A stretch of DNA of 64,000 nucleotides, taken from contig CAKKRH010000007.1 of assembly GCA_919902675.1 (NCBI GenBank), positions 12,942 through 76,941 on the forward strand, written 5' to 3'. A program made the position numbers and the translations under genes. Below the pieces are notes generated by a model, which ran no database searches, was not told the DNA's origin, and was given only the letters and a program-made list of their open reading frames with translations. The stretch comes from Omnitrophica bacterium GWA2_41_15. Lineage in GTDB: Bacteria > Omnitrophota > Gorgyraeia > Gygaellales > UBA12090. How positions within the stretch are numbered: position 1 is the stretch's first letter; each line of letters starts with the position of its first letter. Positions 1 to 8,486 of this stretch are shown here, one piece after another.

Positions 1-63
1 GCTCACCAGATAAATCAAGGGATACCTGGCCCTGACCAAAACATCAATTTCCTTATCGCACAT
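1..63 (-). CDS. 5' end of a gene truncated by the window edge (possible AAA+ ATPase N-terminus)
   Basis: ATG at 61-63 (minus) with GGAG 3 nt upstream. The frame stays open to base 1, reading MCDKEIDVLVRARYPLIYLVS. Only 21 codons are visible, so the family guess is weak. Confidence 0.3.
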   Translation of the reverse strand, partial: MCDKEIDVLVRARYPLIYLVS

Positions 64-107
64 TGTCTCCACGCGCGTATTCTCCTGTTACTCTAAAGGG
101 ATTTTCC

Positions 108-287
108 CTAACCGCAATAAACACTCAAATCCATATCTGCCTTGCCGGAAAGCGCTTTGGCCACTGAAGCGGTATTCCTGGTAAGAGGGGTAAATTTCAG
201 CTTCCCGTCTTCTTCTATATGAATTTCCAGATAGCTCTGTTTTTTTGCGCTTTCCAAAGATGACGTCACTTCTTTTAACCGGGGCAT
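108..287 (-). CDS. hypothetical small protein (59 aa), hand-translated
   Basis: ATG at 285-287 lies 6 nt after the cimA stop. It reads MPRLKEVTSSLESAKKQSYLEIHIEEDGKLKFTPLTRNTASVAKALSGKADMDLSVYCG, then TAG at 108-110. It is below the ORF-track cutoff, has no clear SD and matches no family I recognise. Confidence 0.25.
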   Translation of the reverse strand: MPRLKEVTSSLESAKKQSYLEIHIEEDGKLKFTPLTRNTASVAKALSGKADMDLSVYCG

Positions 288-293
288 AGATAA

Positions 294-1856
294 TTACGCC
301 TTGTCCTTTAAAAGCTTATACTCCACGCTGTCCACCAGGGCCTGCCATGAGGCCTCAATGATGTTCCCGGACACCCCCACCGTCCCCCAGGAGTCTTTTT
401 CATCCTGAGATTGGATGAGCACCCGCACCCTGGCGGCGGTGCCGGCCTTCTCGTCCAGCACCCGCACCTTAAAATCAGACAGATGCATCCGGCTTAAATT
501 AGGATAGAAAGATTTCAGGGCTTTACGCAGGGCATTATCCAGGGCGTTCACCGGGCCATCTCCGTCAGCGGCGGTATGCTCCAACATTCCTTTAACCCTT
601 ACCTTAATAATCGCCTCCGAGGTAATCTTTCCATCAGGCTTTTTCTCCACCACCACCCGGAAACTCTCCAAATCAAAAAATTTGTTGTATTGCTTAAGGG
701 CGCGCTTAATCAGGATTTCAAAAGAGGCGTCCGCGGCTTCAAACTGATAACCCTGATGTTCCAAATCCTGCAGCAACTTCAGTATTTTCCTAGCCTGGGG
801 TGATTTTTTATCCAAGTCAACAGCGAATTCCTTGGCCTTTAGGACAATCGGCATCTTGCCGGAAAGCTCGGAAGCCAAAAGCCGGCGGTGATTGCCCACC
901 AAGTCCGGCTCAATATGCTCGTAAGTCTTAGGATTTTTAAGCATAGCGTCAATATGCACCCCGCCCTTATGGGTAAAGGCCGAGGCCCCCACAAAAGGCT
1001 GATTCGACTGTTGGCGCAGATTGGAAATTTCGCTGATAAAATGCGAGGTCTTGGTCAGCTCTTTGAGGTTTTTGTCCGGGATACAGTCAAGATTCAGCTT
1101 GGTTTTTAAAATCCCGATGATTGTGGAGAGATCAGCATTGCCGCAGCGTTCACCATAGCCGTTAAAGGTTCCCTGAACATGGGTAAGGCCGCTTTCAAGC
1201 GCGAGGATAGAATTAGCCACCGCCAAACCTAAATCATTATGGGCGTGGATTCCCAGGACCGCCTTTAATTTGGGGGCAACCTGGTGAATAATCCGGATCA
1301 ACTCCGAACTTATTGTCCCGCCGTTGGTATCGCAAAAGACTATTCTTGAGGCCCCGGCATCCTGAGCGGCCAAAACCGTCCTTAAGGCGTATTCGGGATT
1401 GCTCTTATATCCGTCAAAGAAATGCTCGCAGTCATAAATTACGGTCTTTCCTTTGGAGGCCAGGTAGGAAACGGTATCCGCGATTATTCTAAGATTATCC
1501 TCCAGGGAAATCTTCAAGACATCCCTAGTATGTAAATCCCAGGTCTTGCCGAAAATGGTAACCGCTTTGGTCTGGGCCTCAAGTATGCTTTTTAGACTGG
1601 GGTCAAGATTTACTTTTTTATCCGCCCGGCGGGTGGCCCCAAAAGCGGTAAGAACGGCGTTTTTAAGCGGCTTGTTTCTTAAAATCCTAAAAACCTCTCT
1701 ATCTTTGGGATTAGCCGGCCAGCCAGCCTCAATGAAATGGACCCCCAACTGGTCAAGCTTTCGGGCAATCCTAACCTTATCCTGAACCGAATAGGAAATT
1801 CCCTCGGTCTGGGCCCCGTCGCGCAAAGTGGTATCGTAAAGCTCTATTTTACGCAT
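294..1856 (-). CDS. cimA: citramalate synthase / 2-isopropylmalate synthase family (CimA type)
   Basis: 520-aa ORF. N-terminus is KIELYDTTLRDGAQTEGISYS, with HAHNDLGLAVANS (HMGL-like aldolase barrel) and a C-terminal LeuA-allosteric-like region. Length and N-terminus fit the CimA subfamily. Confidence 0.85.
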   Translation of the reverse strand: MRKIELYDTTLRDGAQTEGISYSVQDKVRIARKLDQLGVHFIEAGWPANPKDREVFRILRNKPLKNAVLTAFGATRRADKKVNLDPSLKSILEAQTKAVTIFGKTWDLHTRDVLKISLEDNLRIIADTVSYLASKGKTVIYDCEHFFDGYKSNPEYALRTVLAAQDAGASRIVFCDTNGGTISSELIRIIHQVAPKLKAVLGIHAHNDLGLAVANSILALESGLTHVQGTFNGYGERCGNADLSTIIGILKTKLNLDCIPDKNLKELTKTSHFISEISNLRQQSNQPFVGASAFTHKGGVHIDAMLKNPKTYEHIEPDLVGNHRRLLASELSGKMPIVLKAKEFAVDLDKKSPQARKILKLLQDLEHQGYQFEAADASFEILIKRALKQYNKFFDLESFRVVVEKKPDGKITSEAIIKVRVKGMLEHTAADGDGPVNALDNALRKALKSFYPNLSRMHLSDFKVRVLDEKAGTAARVRVLIQSQDEKDSWGTVGVSGNIIEASWQALVDSVEYKLLKDKA

Positions 1857-1872
1857 ATTACCTCTGTTTTAT

Positions 1873-3135
1873 TTATTTCTTATCCAGGCCAAATTTATGA
1901 TGCAGGGCCCTGAGGGCGGTCTCGGCGGATTTCTTCTTAATGATACAAGAGATGCTTATCTCGGAGGTAGAAATCATCTCAATATTTATCTTTTCCTCAG
2001 CCAGGGTTTCAAACATTTTAGCGGCTACCCCGGAATGAGTTTTCATCCCTACCCCGACTATGGAAATCCTGGCGATATCCGAATCCTCCAACACCTGAAG
2101 CTCTCCCAAACCGCTGGCCAGAGGGCCGTGGTTGGGCTTCCCGCAGCCCAAGCCGCTGGCCGCCTTTTTGGTCAGCTTGATTGCCTTAGCTCCGTCACTT
2201 TTAGGGACGGTGAAAGAAATATCGGTCTGCTTGGTATGCGAAACATTCTGCACAATCATATCCACATTGATGCCGCCCTCTGAAAGCTGAGTGAAAATCC
2301 TGGCGGCGATACCGGGCTTATCCGGGACATCGCACACAGTAATCTTAGACTCATTCTTATTTAAGGTTACCCCGGTAACCAAAACATCTTCCATATTCTT
2401 TACCTCCCTGATAATCATTGTCCCGCGTTTTCGCGAAAATGAGGACCTGACATGTATGGGTACATCAAATTTTTTAGCCACTTCAATTGAGCGCGCCTGC
2501 ATTACCTGCGCGCCAAGAGAGGCCATCTCCAACATCTCATCATAAGTGATGTTTTCAAGTTTACGCGCCATGGGCTCAACACGCGGATCAGCGGTAAATA
2601 TCCCCTCAACATCGGTATAGATCTCGCACTCATCAGCCTCCAGGGTCTTAGCCAGGGCCACCGCGCTTAAATCCGAGCCCCCTCTTCCCAGGGTGGTAAT
2701 ATCCTGCTCCGGGGTCATCCCCTGGAAACCGGCGACAATCACAATCCTGCCTTTTTTTAATTCCTGGCGCAGTTTCTGAGCCTCGATTTTGACAATCCGC
2801 GCCTTGGTGTGCACGGTATCAGTAATAATGCCTACCTGCGAACCGGTTAGGGAAATTGCCTCAGCGCCCAACTCCTGAATGGCCATAGCCAGAAGGGCGA
2901 CTGAAATCTGCTCCCCGGTAGAAAGCAGCATATCCATCTCCCTTTCCGGAGGATTGTCTGAAATCTTAGCGGCCAGCTCAATTAACTCATCAGTAGTATC
3001 TCCCAGGGCCGAGACCACCACCACCAGATCATTGCCTTTTTTCTTATAGTTAACCACCCGGCGAGCCACATTCTTGATTCTTTCAGGATTGGCTACCGAA
3101 GAACCGCCGTATTTCTGCACAATTAACCTTCCCAC
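1873..3135 (-). CDS. lysC: aspartate kinase
   Basis: 420-aa ORF. VQKYGGSSVANPERI and GRGGSDLSAVALA are kinase motifs, followed by two C-terminal ACT-like repeats. Confidence 0.9.
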   Translation of the reverse strand: MGRLIVQKYGGSSVANPERIKNVARRVVNYKKKGNDLVVVVSALGDTTDELIELAAKISDNPPEREMDMLLSTGEQISVALLAMAIQELGAEAISLTGSQVGIITDTVHTKARIVKIEAQKLRQELKKGRIVIVAGFQGMTPEQDITTLGRGGSDLSAVALAKTLEADECEIYTDVEGIFTADPRVEPMARKLENITYDEMLEMASLGAQVMQARSIEVAKKFDVPIHVRSSFSRKRGTMIIREVKNMEDVLVTGVTLNKNESKITVCDVPDKPGIAARIFTQLSEGGINVDMIVQNVSHTKQTDISFTVPKSDGAKAIKLTKKAASGLGCGKPNHGPLASGLGELQVLEDSDIARISIVGVGMKTHSGVAAKMFETLAEEKINIEMISTSEISISCIIKKKSAETALRALHHKFGLDKK

Positions 3136-3233
3136 TCTATCTTCTCCTCATCTAATAAGCTTATTAGCTAAGGGCCTATGGTTCTTTCTATCGGCCATCG
3201 ACTATTGACTATTGACCCTTTATTATTTTTTTC

Positions 3234-4427
3234 CTATATTTCTTGCTCTTTGACCAGCCTGTCCATCAGGATATGGGCCTGGTCCAGGAATATGCCGCTT
3301 TTCTTGGCCTGGGCCTCGTTAAATCCTTCCAAACCACAAGGAGAAATGCCTTTTCCGTACATCGCGAAACAAATACTGTCGGCAGTATGGGTGCGCAATG
3401 CCAGAGGCGTGGCGTGGTCAGGCAGAAGAAGGATTCTAAAATCACCCTTCTTTTTTAAGGCCTCTAAAATTGTTCCTACCACTAATTGATCAAACCTCTC
3501 AATAGCCAGAATCTTCTCCCGCATATTACCGTTATGGGAGGCCTCATCCGGGGCCTCCACATGCAGATAAACCAAGTCTTTAGTTTTAAGCGAGGCTATC
3601 GCCGCCTCGGCCTTTCCCTGGTAATTGGTGTCATAATAACCGGTAGCCCCCTTAACATTCAATACCTCTAATCCCGCTACGCGGCCAATCCCCTTAATCA
3701 AGTCTACCGCCGAAATTACCGAACCGCTTAGTCCATACTTATCTTTAAAACTGACCAAAGACGGCCTCTTTCCCTGGCCCCAAAGCCAAATCATATTCGC
3801 CGGATTCTCTTTTAAGTCAATCCTGACCTGGTTCACCTCGTGCTCAGCTAAAATCTTCACTGACTCCTGCATCAAAGATACCAAAAACTGGGCATCCGGG
3901 CCCTTAGGCAAGTATTTCTTGAATTCCCTGCCGGTAATATCGTGAGGAGGGACACAGCGCGCCTTTAAGCCCTTGGTCTTAAACACCGCCAGGTGCCGAT
4001 AGCTTACGCCGGGATAAAACTTCAACTCCGAAGTGCCTAATTTCTCATCCAAGAATTCAATCAATACCTTAGCCTCTTTGGTAGAGATGTGTCCGGCACT
4101 ATAATCAATAAGCTTGTCCGGGCTTGCCGTAATCAAATTACAGCGAAAGGCAACCTCATCATCCTTAAGCGCAACCCCCAGATTAGCCGCCTCAAACGGA
4201 GCCCGTCCGGAATAATAAACCTTAGGGTCATAGCCGAATATGGCCAGGTTAGCCACATCCGAGGCCGGTGACAACCCTTCAGGGATGGTCCTGACTAATC
4301 CCAGTTTTCCGTTTTTGGCCAGGAAATCCATATTCGGGGTCTTGGCGTATTCCAGAGGAGTTTTATTCCCCAGGCTCTCAATGGGATAATCCCCCATTCC
4401 ATCCCCAACTAAAATAATATATTTCAA
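3234..4427 (-). CDS. cofactor-independent phosphoglycerate mutase family protein (ApgM type); by context a candidate non-orthologous homoserine kinase
   Basis: 397-aa ORF. MKYIILVGDGMGDYP, HVEAPDEASHNG and LLLPDHATP are alkaline-phosphatase-superfamily metal-site motifs typical of archaeal-type iPGM. It lies between lysC and thrC/hom. Confidence 0.8.
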   Translation of the reverse strand: MKYIILVGDGMGDYPIESLGNKTPLEYAKTPNMDFLAKNGKLGLVRTIPEGLSPASDVANLAIFGYDPKVYYSGRAPFEAANLGVALKDDEVAFRCNLITASPDKLIDYSAGHISTKEAKVLIEFLDEKLGTSELKFYPGVSYRHLAVFKTKGLKARCVPPHDITGREFKKYLPKGPDAQFLVSLMQESVKILAEHEVNQVRIDLKENPANMIWLWGQGKRPSLVSFKDKYGLSGSVISAVDLIKGIGRVAGLEVLNVKGATGYYDTNYQGKAEAAIASLKTKDLVYLHVEAPDEASHNGNMREKILAIERFDQLVVGTILEALKKKGDFRILLLPDHATPLALRTHTADSICFAMYGKGISPCGLEGFNEAQAKKSGIFLDQAHILMDRLVKEQEI

Positions 4428-4467
4428 AACTTCACCTCAGGTATTTTCCTAGACAATTATACTCAAA

Positions 4468-5121
4468 CTAAATTAAATTAACCAATGCATCCGCTAATTC
4501 TTTCTTGGAATTTATACGGCCCAGGGTTTCATTTTTATTAAGAATAAAAGCTTTATAGGAAGGGGTAATTCTATTAGCCACTATTAAATCCGCTTGAGCC
4601 TTAAGCAAGGCTTCGCGGGCCCGGCGGATCAACTCAATATCGGAAATACCCGCCTCCAGCTTAAACATCACTAATTTTGCCGCGGGGCATAATTTCCGTA
4701 TTTCACTGACTATCTTGGGCAAAACGGTTAATTTCAAATTATGGGCCTTGTTCGAAGCAAGTTTTCCCCGAGTCGGGCTTAACGGCCTGAAATCCGAGAC
4801 TGCCGCGCAGTGGATAATACAATCGTAGTTTTTAGAAAGAAGTTCTTTTTTGAGCCGGCTTCTCAACTGATCAAAGAATTTAAACCTTAGCAGCTTAATC
4901 TTTGTATCAATCCTGAGCGCGGTCGAAGGATTGATAGAACAGGACTCTACCGGCCCCAGAACCAGAGTTACCCCGGCTCCATGTTTAAGCAGTTTTTCCG
5001 CCAGCAGGATTCCGGTCTCCCCGCTGGATATATTTGAAATAACCCTTACCTCATCTATGGGAACCCAGGTCGGCCCGGCAGTAATCAGTATCCTTTTTCC
5101 TTTAAAATCATTTTTCCGCAT
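4468..5121 (-). CDS. coaB: phosphopantothenate--cysteine ligase (stand-alone CoaB domain)
   Basis: 217-aa ORF. KRILITAGPTWVPIDEVRVISNISSGETG and AAVSDF are CoaB motifs. No CoaC flavoprotein domain is fused. Confidence 0.75.
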   Translation of the reverse strand: MRKNDFKGKRILITAGPTWVPIDEVRVISNISSGETGILLAEKLLKHGAGVTLVLGPVESCSINPSTALRIDTKIKLLRFKFFDQLRSRLKKELLSKNYDCIIHCAAVSDFRPLSPTRGKLASNKAHNLKLTVLPKIVSEIRKLCPAAKLVMFKLEAGISDIELIRRAREALLKAQADLIVANRITPSYKAFILNKNETLGRINSKKELADALVNLI

Positions 5122-5144
5122 TCGGCTTTCCGCATTCGGCTTTC
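5117..5144. repeat. 14-nt tandem duplication (CGCATTCGGCTTTC x2) spanning the coaB start codon
   Basis: Units at 5117-5130 and 5131-5144 are identical. On the minus strand each carries GAAAGCCGAATGCG, giving a second, out-of-frame ATG at 5133-5135. Confidence 0.8.
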
Positions 5145-5185
5145 AGCTAAAAAGCCGACAGCTGACAGCCGAAAGCTGACAGCTC

Positions 5186-6259
5186 TTAATATCCAATTTC
5201 TTTAAGAACAGCTTTCAATTCCGCCTTAACCACTTTGGGTTTTTTGATAACTTTAATTACCCGATCCGGATCCTTAAGGCCATGGCCGGTTAAGACGCAT
5301 ACTATTCTTGCCGCGCCTGGCGCCTGGCGCCTGGCGCGCCTAAAATAGTTTCTCCCGGCTAACTTCAGCAGGCCGGCGACCGAGGCCGCCGATGCCGGCT
5401 CAACAAAGATGCCTTCACGGGAAGCCAGTAATTTATAGGCCGAGATTATCTCGGCGTCGCTGACCGCGTCAATTAAACCGCGGGATTCATCGCGGGCCGC
5501 CTCCGCCTGACGCCAGCTTGCCGGGTTACCTATCCTGATGGCGGTAGCGATAGTTTTAGGATTTTTTATTGGGTGCCCTTTAACAATCGGAGCTGCTCCC
5601 TGAGCCTGAAACCCCAGCATTTTAGGCAAAGATTTAATTTTACCGTCTTGTTTATATTCCTTATAGCCTTTCCAATAAGCTGTGATGTTTCCGGCGTTTC
5701 CTACCGGAATACATTGAAAATCCGGGGCGCGTCCTAAATCCTCGCAAATTTCAAAGGCCGCGGTCTTCTGCCCTTCCAAGCGATAAGGATTAAGGGAATT
5801 TACTAAAGTAATTGAATACTTGGCGGCAATCTCCTTAACTAAACTAAGGGCCTGGTCAAAATTTCCCCTAACCGCCAGAACCTTGGCCCCGTGGATAAGG
5901 GCCTGAGCCAGTTTACCCAGGGCAATCGCCCCCTCCGGGATTAAAACCACGCACTTAATACCGGCCTTGGCGGCGTAGGCGGCTGCCGAAGCCGAGGTAT
6001 TTCCGGTTGAGGCGCAGATTATAACTCTGCTTGCGGCTTCCTTAGCTTTTGAGACTGCCATGGTCATCCCCCGGTCTTTAAAAGAACCGGTGGGATTCAG
6101 GCCTTCATATTTCAGATACACCTCAAAACCTTTGCCTATAATTCGGCTCAGGCAATCCGAGAGTATTAAAGGGGTGTTTCCTTCTTTGAGGCTGACTACC
6201 GGAGTATCTTTAGAAACAGGAAGCTGCTTACGAAATCTTTCAATTATGCCGCTATACAT
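5186..6259 (-). CDS. thrC: threonine synthase
   Basis: Contains LNPTGSFKDRG (PLP lysine) and the family-typical C-terminus TGHGLKDP. The ORF track starts at 6328 and would overlap hom. The ATG at 6259 (MYSGIIERF...) sits 8 nt after the hom stop and is preferred. Confidence 0.9.
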   Translation of the reverse strand: MYSGIIERFRKQLPVSKDTPVVSLKEGNTPLILSDCLSRIIGKGFEVYLKYEGLNPTGSFKDRGMTMAVSKAKEAASRVIICASTGNTSASAAAYAAKAGIKCVVLIPEGAIALGKLAQALIHGAKVLAVRGNFDQALSLVKEIAAKYSITLVNSLNPYRLEGQKTAAFEICEDLGRAPDFQCIPVGNAGNITAYWKGYKEYKQDGKIKSLPKMLGFQAQGAAPIVKGHPIKNPKTIATAIRIGNPASWRQAEAARDESRGLIDAVSDAEIISAYKLLASREGIFVEPASAASVAGLLKLAGRNYFRRARRQAPGAARIVCVLTGHGLKDPDRVIKVIKKPKVVKAELKAVLKEIGY

Positions 6260-6266
6260 TTTATCG

Positions 6267-7559
6267 CTATCGCTCAACCCTGATGGCCACGGTTTTTTTC
6301 TTAACCGCGTTAAGCCTGTCAATCTCATCCAGAGCCAGACGCATATTCTTTTCCCTGGCGTCGTGGGTCATCATCACTACCGGAACCATCCTGGCCTGCT
6401 GTCTTTCTTTTTGGGTTACCGAAGCGATAGAAATTCCCTGCCGGCCTAAAATATCGGCAATCCTGGCTAAACCGCCCGGACGGTCAATAACCGAAAGCCT
6501 AAGATAGTAGCGGGTTTCGATCTCGCTGATCGGACGCAGACTTTTAATCGTCTTATCCGCGGTATACACCGGCACGCGGCCCACAGAACTGCTCTTTATG
6601 TTCCTGGCTACATCAATTATATCCCCCAGCACCGAGCTTGCCGCGGGGCGCGAACCCGCGCCCCGTCCGTAAAAAAGCGCTCCTCCCGCGTAATCTCCGT
6701 GCACATAGATAGCGTTATAGACGCCGCTGACATTGGAAAGCAGATGCTCTTTGGATAAAAGCGTAGGATGCACCCTCGCCTCAAGCTGGCCGCGGACATT
6801 CTTGGCAATAGCCAACAGCTTAATTACATAACCAAAATCCCGGGCGTATTCAATATCGCTTAAAGAGATATCTTCAATTCCCTCCACATAAATATCTTTT
6901 ATGTTCACGCTCTTGCCGAAGCCCAGCAAAGCCAAAATCGCCAGCTTATGCGCGGAGTCAAAACCTTTAATGTCTAAGGCCGGGTTTTTCTCGGCATAGC
7001 CTTTTTTCTTGGCCTCTAAAAGGGCCTGATTGAAGCTTAAACCGTCCTTTTCCATTGAGGTAAGAATATAATTAGATGTCCCATTGACGATTCCCAGCAC
7101 GGTATCAATATGGTTAGCCCCCAAAGACTCTCTCAGGACCTTGATAATCGGGATCCCTCCTCCCACAGAAGCCTCAAAATAAAGGTCAACCTTATAATTT
7201 CTGGCCGCCTGAAAAATCTCCTCACCGCACTCAGCCAAAAGGGCCTTGTTAGCGGTAACCACATGTTTACCCCGCTTAAAAGCCTCTAAAATGAATTCCT
7301 TGGCCGGATGTATCCCCCCGATAAGTTCAACCACAATCCGGATATCCGGATCATTTAAAATCTTATTTATATCCGTGGTTAAAATGCCCGATTTTACCTT
7401 TATCGCGCGCGGACGCCGGATATCCTTATCGCAGACGGCTTTTAAGACCAGGCCCGCGCCAACCTTCTCTTTCAGGAACTTTTCTCTGGTAAGCAGCGCC
7501 CTGACCACGCCCTCGCCCACCGTTCCAAAACCAATTAATCCCACGTTAATCTTATCCAT
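6267..7559 (-). CDS. hom: homoserine dehydrogenase
   Basis: 430-aa ORF. INVGLIGFGTVGEGV is the Rossmann motif; a catalytic domain and a C-terminal ACT domain (LRLSVIDRPGGLARIADILG) follow. Confidence 0.9.
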   Translation of the reverse strand: MDKINVGLIGFGTVGEGVVRALLTREKFLKEKVGAGLVLKAVCDKDIRRPRAIKVKSGILTTDINKILNDPDIRIVVELIGGIHPAKEFILEAFKRGKHVVTANKALLAECGEEIFQAARNYKVDLYFEASVGGGIPIIKVLRESLGANHIDTVLGIVNGTSNYILTSMEKDGLSFNQALLEAKKKGYAEKNPALDIKGFDSAHKLAILALLGFGKSVNIKDIYVEGIEDISLSDIEYARDFGYVIKLLAIAKNVRGQLEARVHPTLLSKEHLLSNVSGVYNAIYVHGDYAGGALFYGRGAGSRPAASSVLGDIIDVARNIKSSSVGRVPVYTADKTIKSLRPISEIETRYYLRLSVIDRPGGLARIADILGRQGISIASVTQKERQQARMVPVVMMTHDAREKNMRLALDEIDRLNAVKKKTVAIRVER

Positions 7560-7570
7560 AGTTTTGTTTT

Positions 7571-7704
7571 AAACCCTAAACCTTAAACTCTAAATCCTAA
7601 ACAAATCTAAAAGCTAAAATCCTAAACCTATGTTTTGAGTTTTGAGTTTATGGTTTTGAGTTTTGAGTTTATGGTTTTGGGTTTGCTTAGAGTTTAGGAT
7701 TTAG
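7571..7704. repeat. long imperfect hairpin built from TAAA(C/T)CC / GG(A/G)TTTA words; member of a 2-copy family
   Basis: The left arm is rich in AAACCCTAAACC/CTAAATCCTAAAC; the right arm holds the complements (GTTTAGGATTTAG, TTAGAGTTT). The core at 7591-7628 matches 23234-23271 at 36/38. Confidence 0.7.
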
Positions 7705-7822
7705 TGCATAACCCGGATTTTGCAATAGGATTTAGGCCATTTTTCTCGAAACCTATTGCGAAATTCGGGTTCAATCTAGAGGATTTATTGCCGCTGTCCT
7801 GCCGCGATTAGCGGTGAACCGA

Positions 7823-8179
7823 TTATTTCTGAGTCTTTAAATAATATCCAACCGTATCGTTAACTATGCCCGCGGACTTGGAATCAATTTCTAAGAACTG
7901 GATCCTGGTATCATAAATCAAATCCTTGACCACCTCTTTTGAATCAATAACCCTTCCGGTTAGATTTATTGCGTCAATAAAAAAGGGAAGCCGTATGTCA
8001 ATAGCCAAAACCGTCCCTAAAGTAAATTCCCGGTTGGTAGTCAACATCATTCCTCCCAGGCTTAAGTTGCGAGTTTGGGAGATATCATAGTTATCCACCT
8101 CAACCTTGACCCGGTAAGACACTACAAACTTTCCTGCCACCCGCGGATGTTTTCTTCTTTCAGATCCGGCGTAACCCAT
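7823..8179 (-). CDS. PilZ domain protein (c-di-GMP receptor family)
   Basis: 118-aa ORF with both PilZ signature motifs: RKHPR (RxxxR) and NLSLGG (D/NxSxxG). Confidence 0.8.
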   Translation of the reverse strand: MGYAGSERRKHPRVAGKFVVSYRVKVEVDNYDISQTRNLSLGGMMLTTNREFTLGTVLAIDIRLPFFIDAINLTGRVIDSKEVVKDLIYDTRIQFLEIDSKSAGIVNDTVGYYLKTQK

Positions 8180-8211
8180 AATTTCACCTCCGCAATGTTT
8201 TGCTTTATAAA

Positions 8212-8283
8212 CCTATCTTTACTGCTTTTCCTCTGTGAACTGTCAACTGTGAACTAAATTGGTCGGGGCGACAGGACTTGAAC
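8212..8283 (-). repeat. 72-bp duplicate of the tRNA-Pro(GGG) 3' end plus its 3' flank (copy 1; copy 2 is 8439-8510)
   Basis: 8212-8283 equals 8439-8510 with one mismatch. It includes TGGTCGGGGCGACAGGACTTGAAC, which is the CCA end, acceptor 3' strand and T-arm. Identity stops inside the T-loop. Confidence 0.85.
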
Positions 8284-8486
8284 TATTCATAGGGGGCCTT
8301 CCTGCCCCCTATGACGCTCCCCTAAAACCTTACGGTTTTAGGCTCGCTGTCACCCCCGTAGCGTAAACAAGGAAGCGTATCTTGGGGGGAAAATCATCTT
8401 TTCCCCCCAAACCCCCTTTTTGTTCAAGTCCTTACTGCCCTATCTTTACTGCTTTCCCTCTGTGAACTGTCAACTGTGAACTAAAT

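Noticed and set aside
576-803. Numerous plus-strand ORFs of 60-180 aa in the track, lying antisense to well-supported minus-strand genes. Examples are 576-803, 1897-2283, 6060-6449, 14427-14840, 16051-16422, 24704-25126 and 43370-43807.
   Set aside because: Each is fully contained in a gene with clear family motifs on the opposite strand. Their translations are low-complexity (S/P/L/R-rich) with no recognisable domains. These are typical shadow ORFs.
8284-8438. The insert between the tRNA-Pro duplications considered as a tRNA intron (group I) or a second tRNA gene on the plus strand.
   Set aside because: It is far too short for a group I intron and lies outside the intact tRNA. No cloverleaf can be drawn, and only a T-arm-like GTTCAAGTCC fragment is present.
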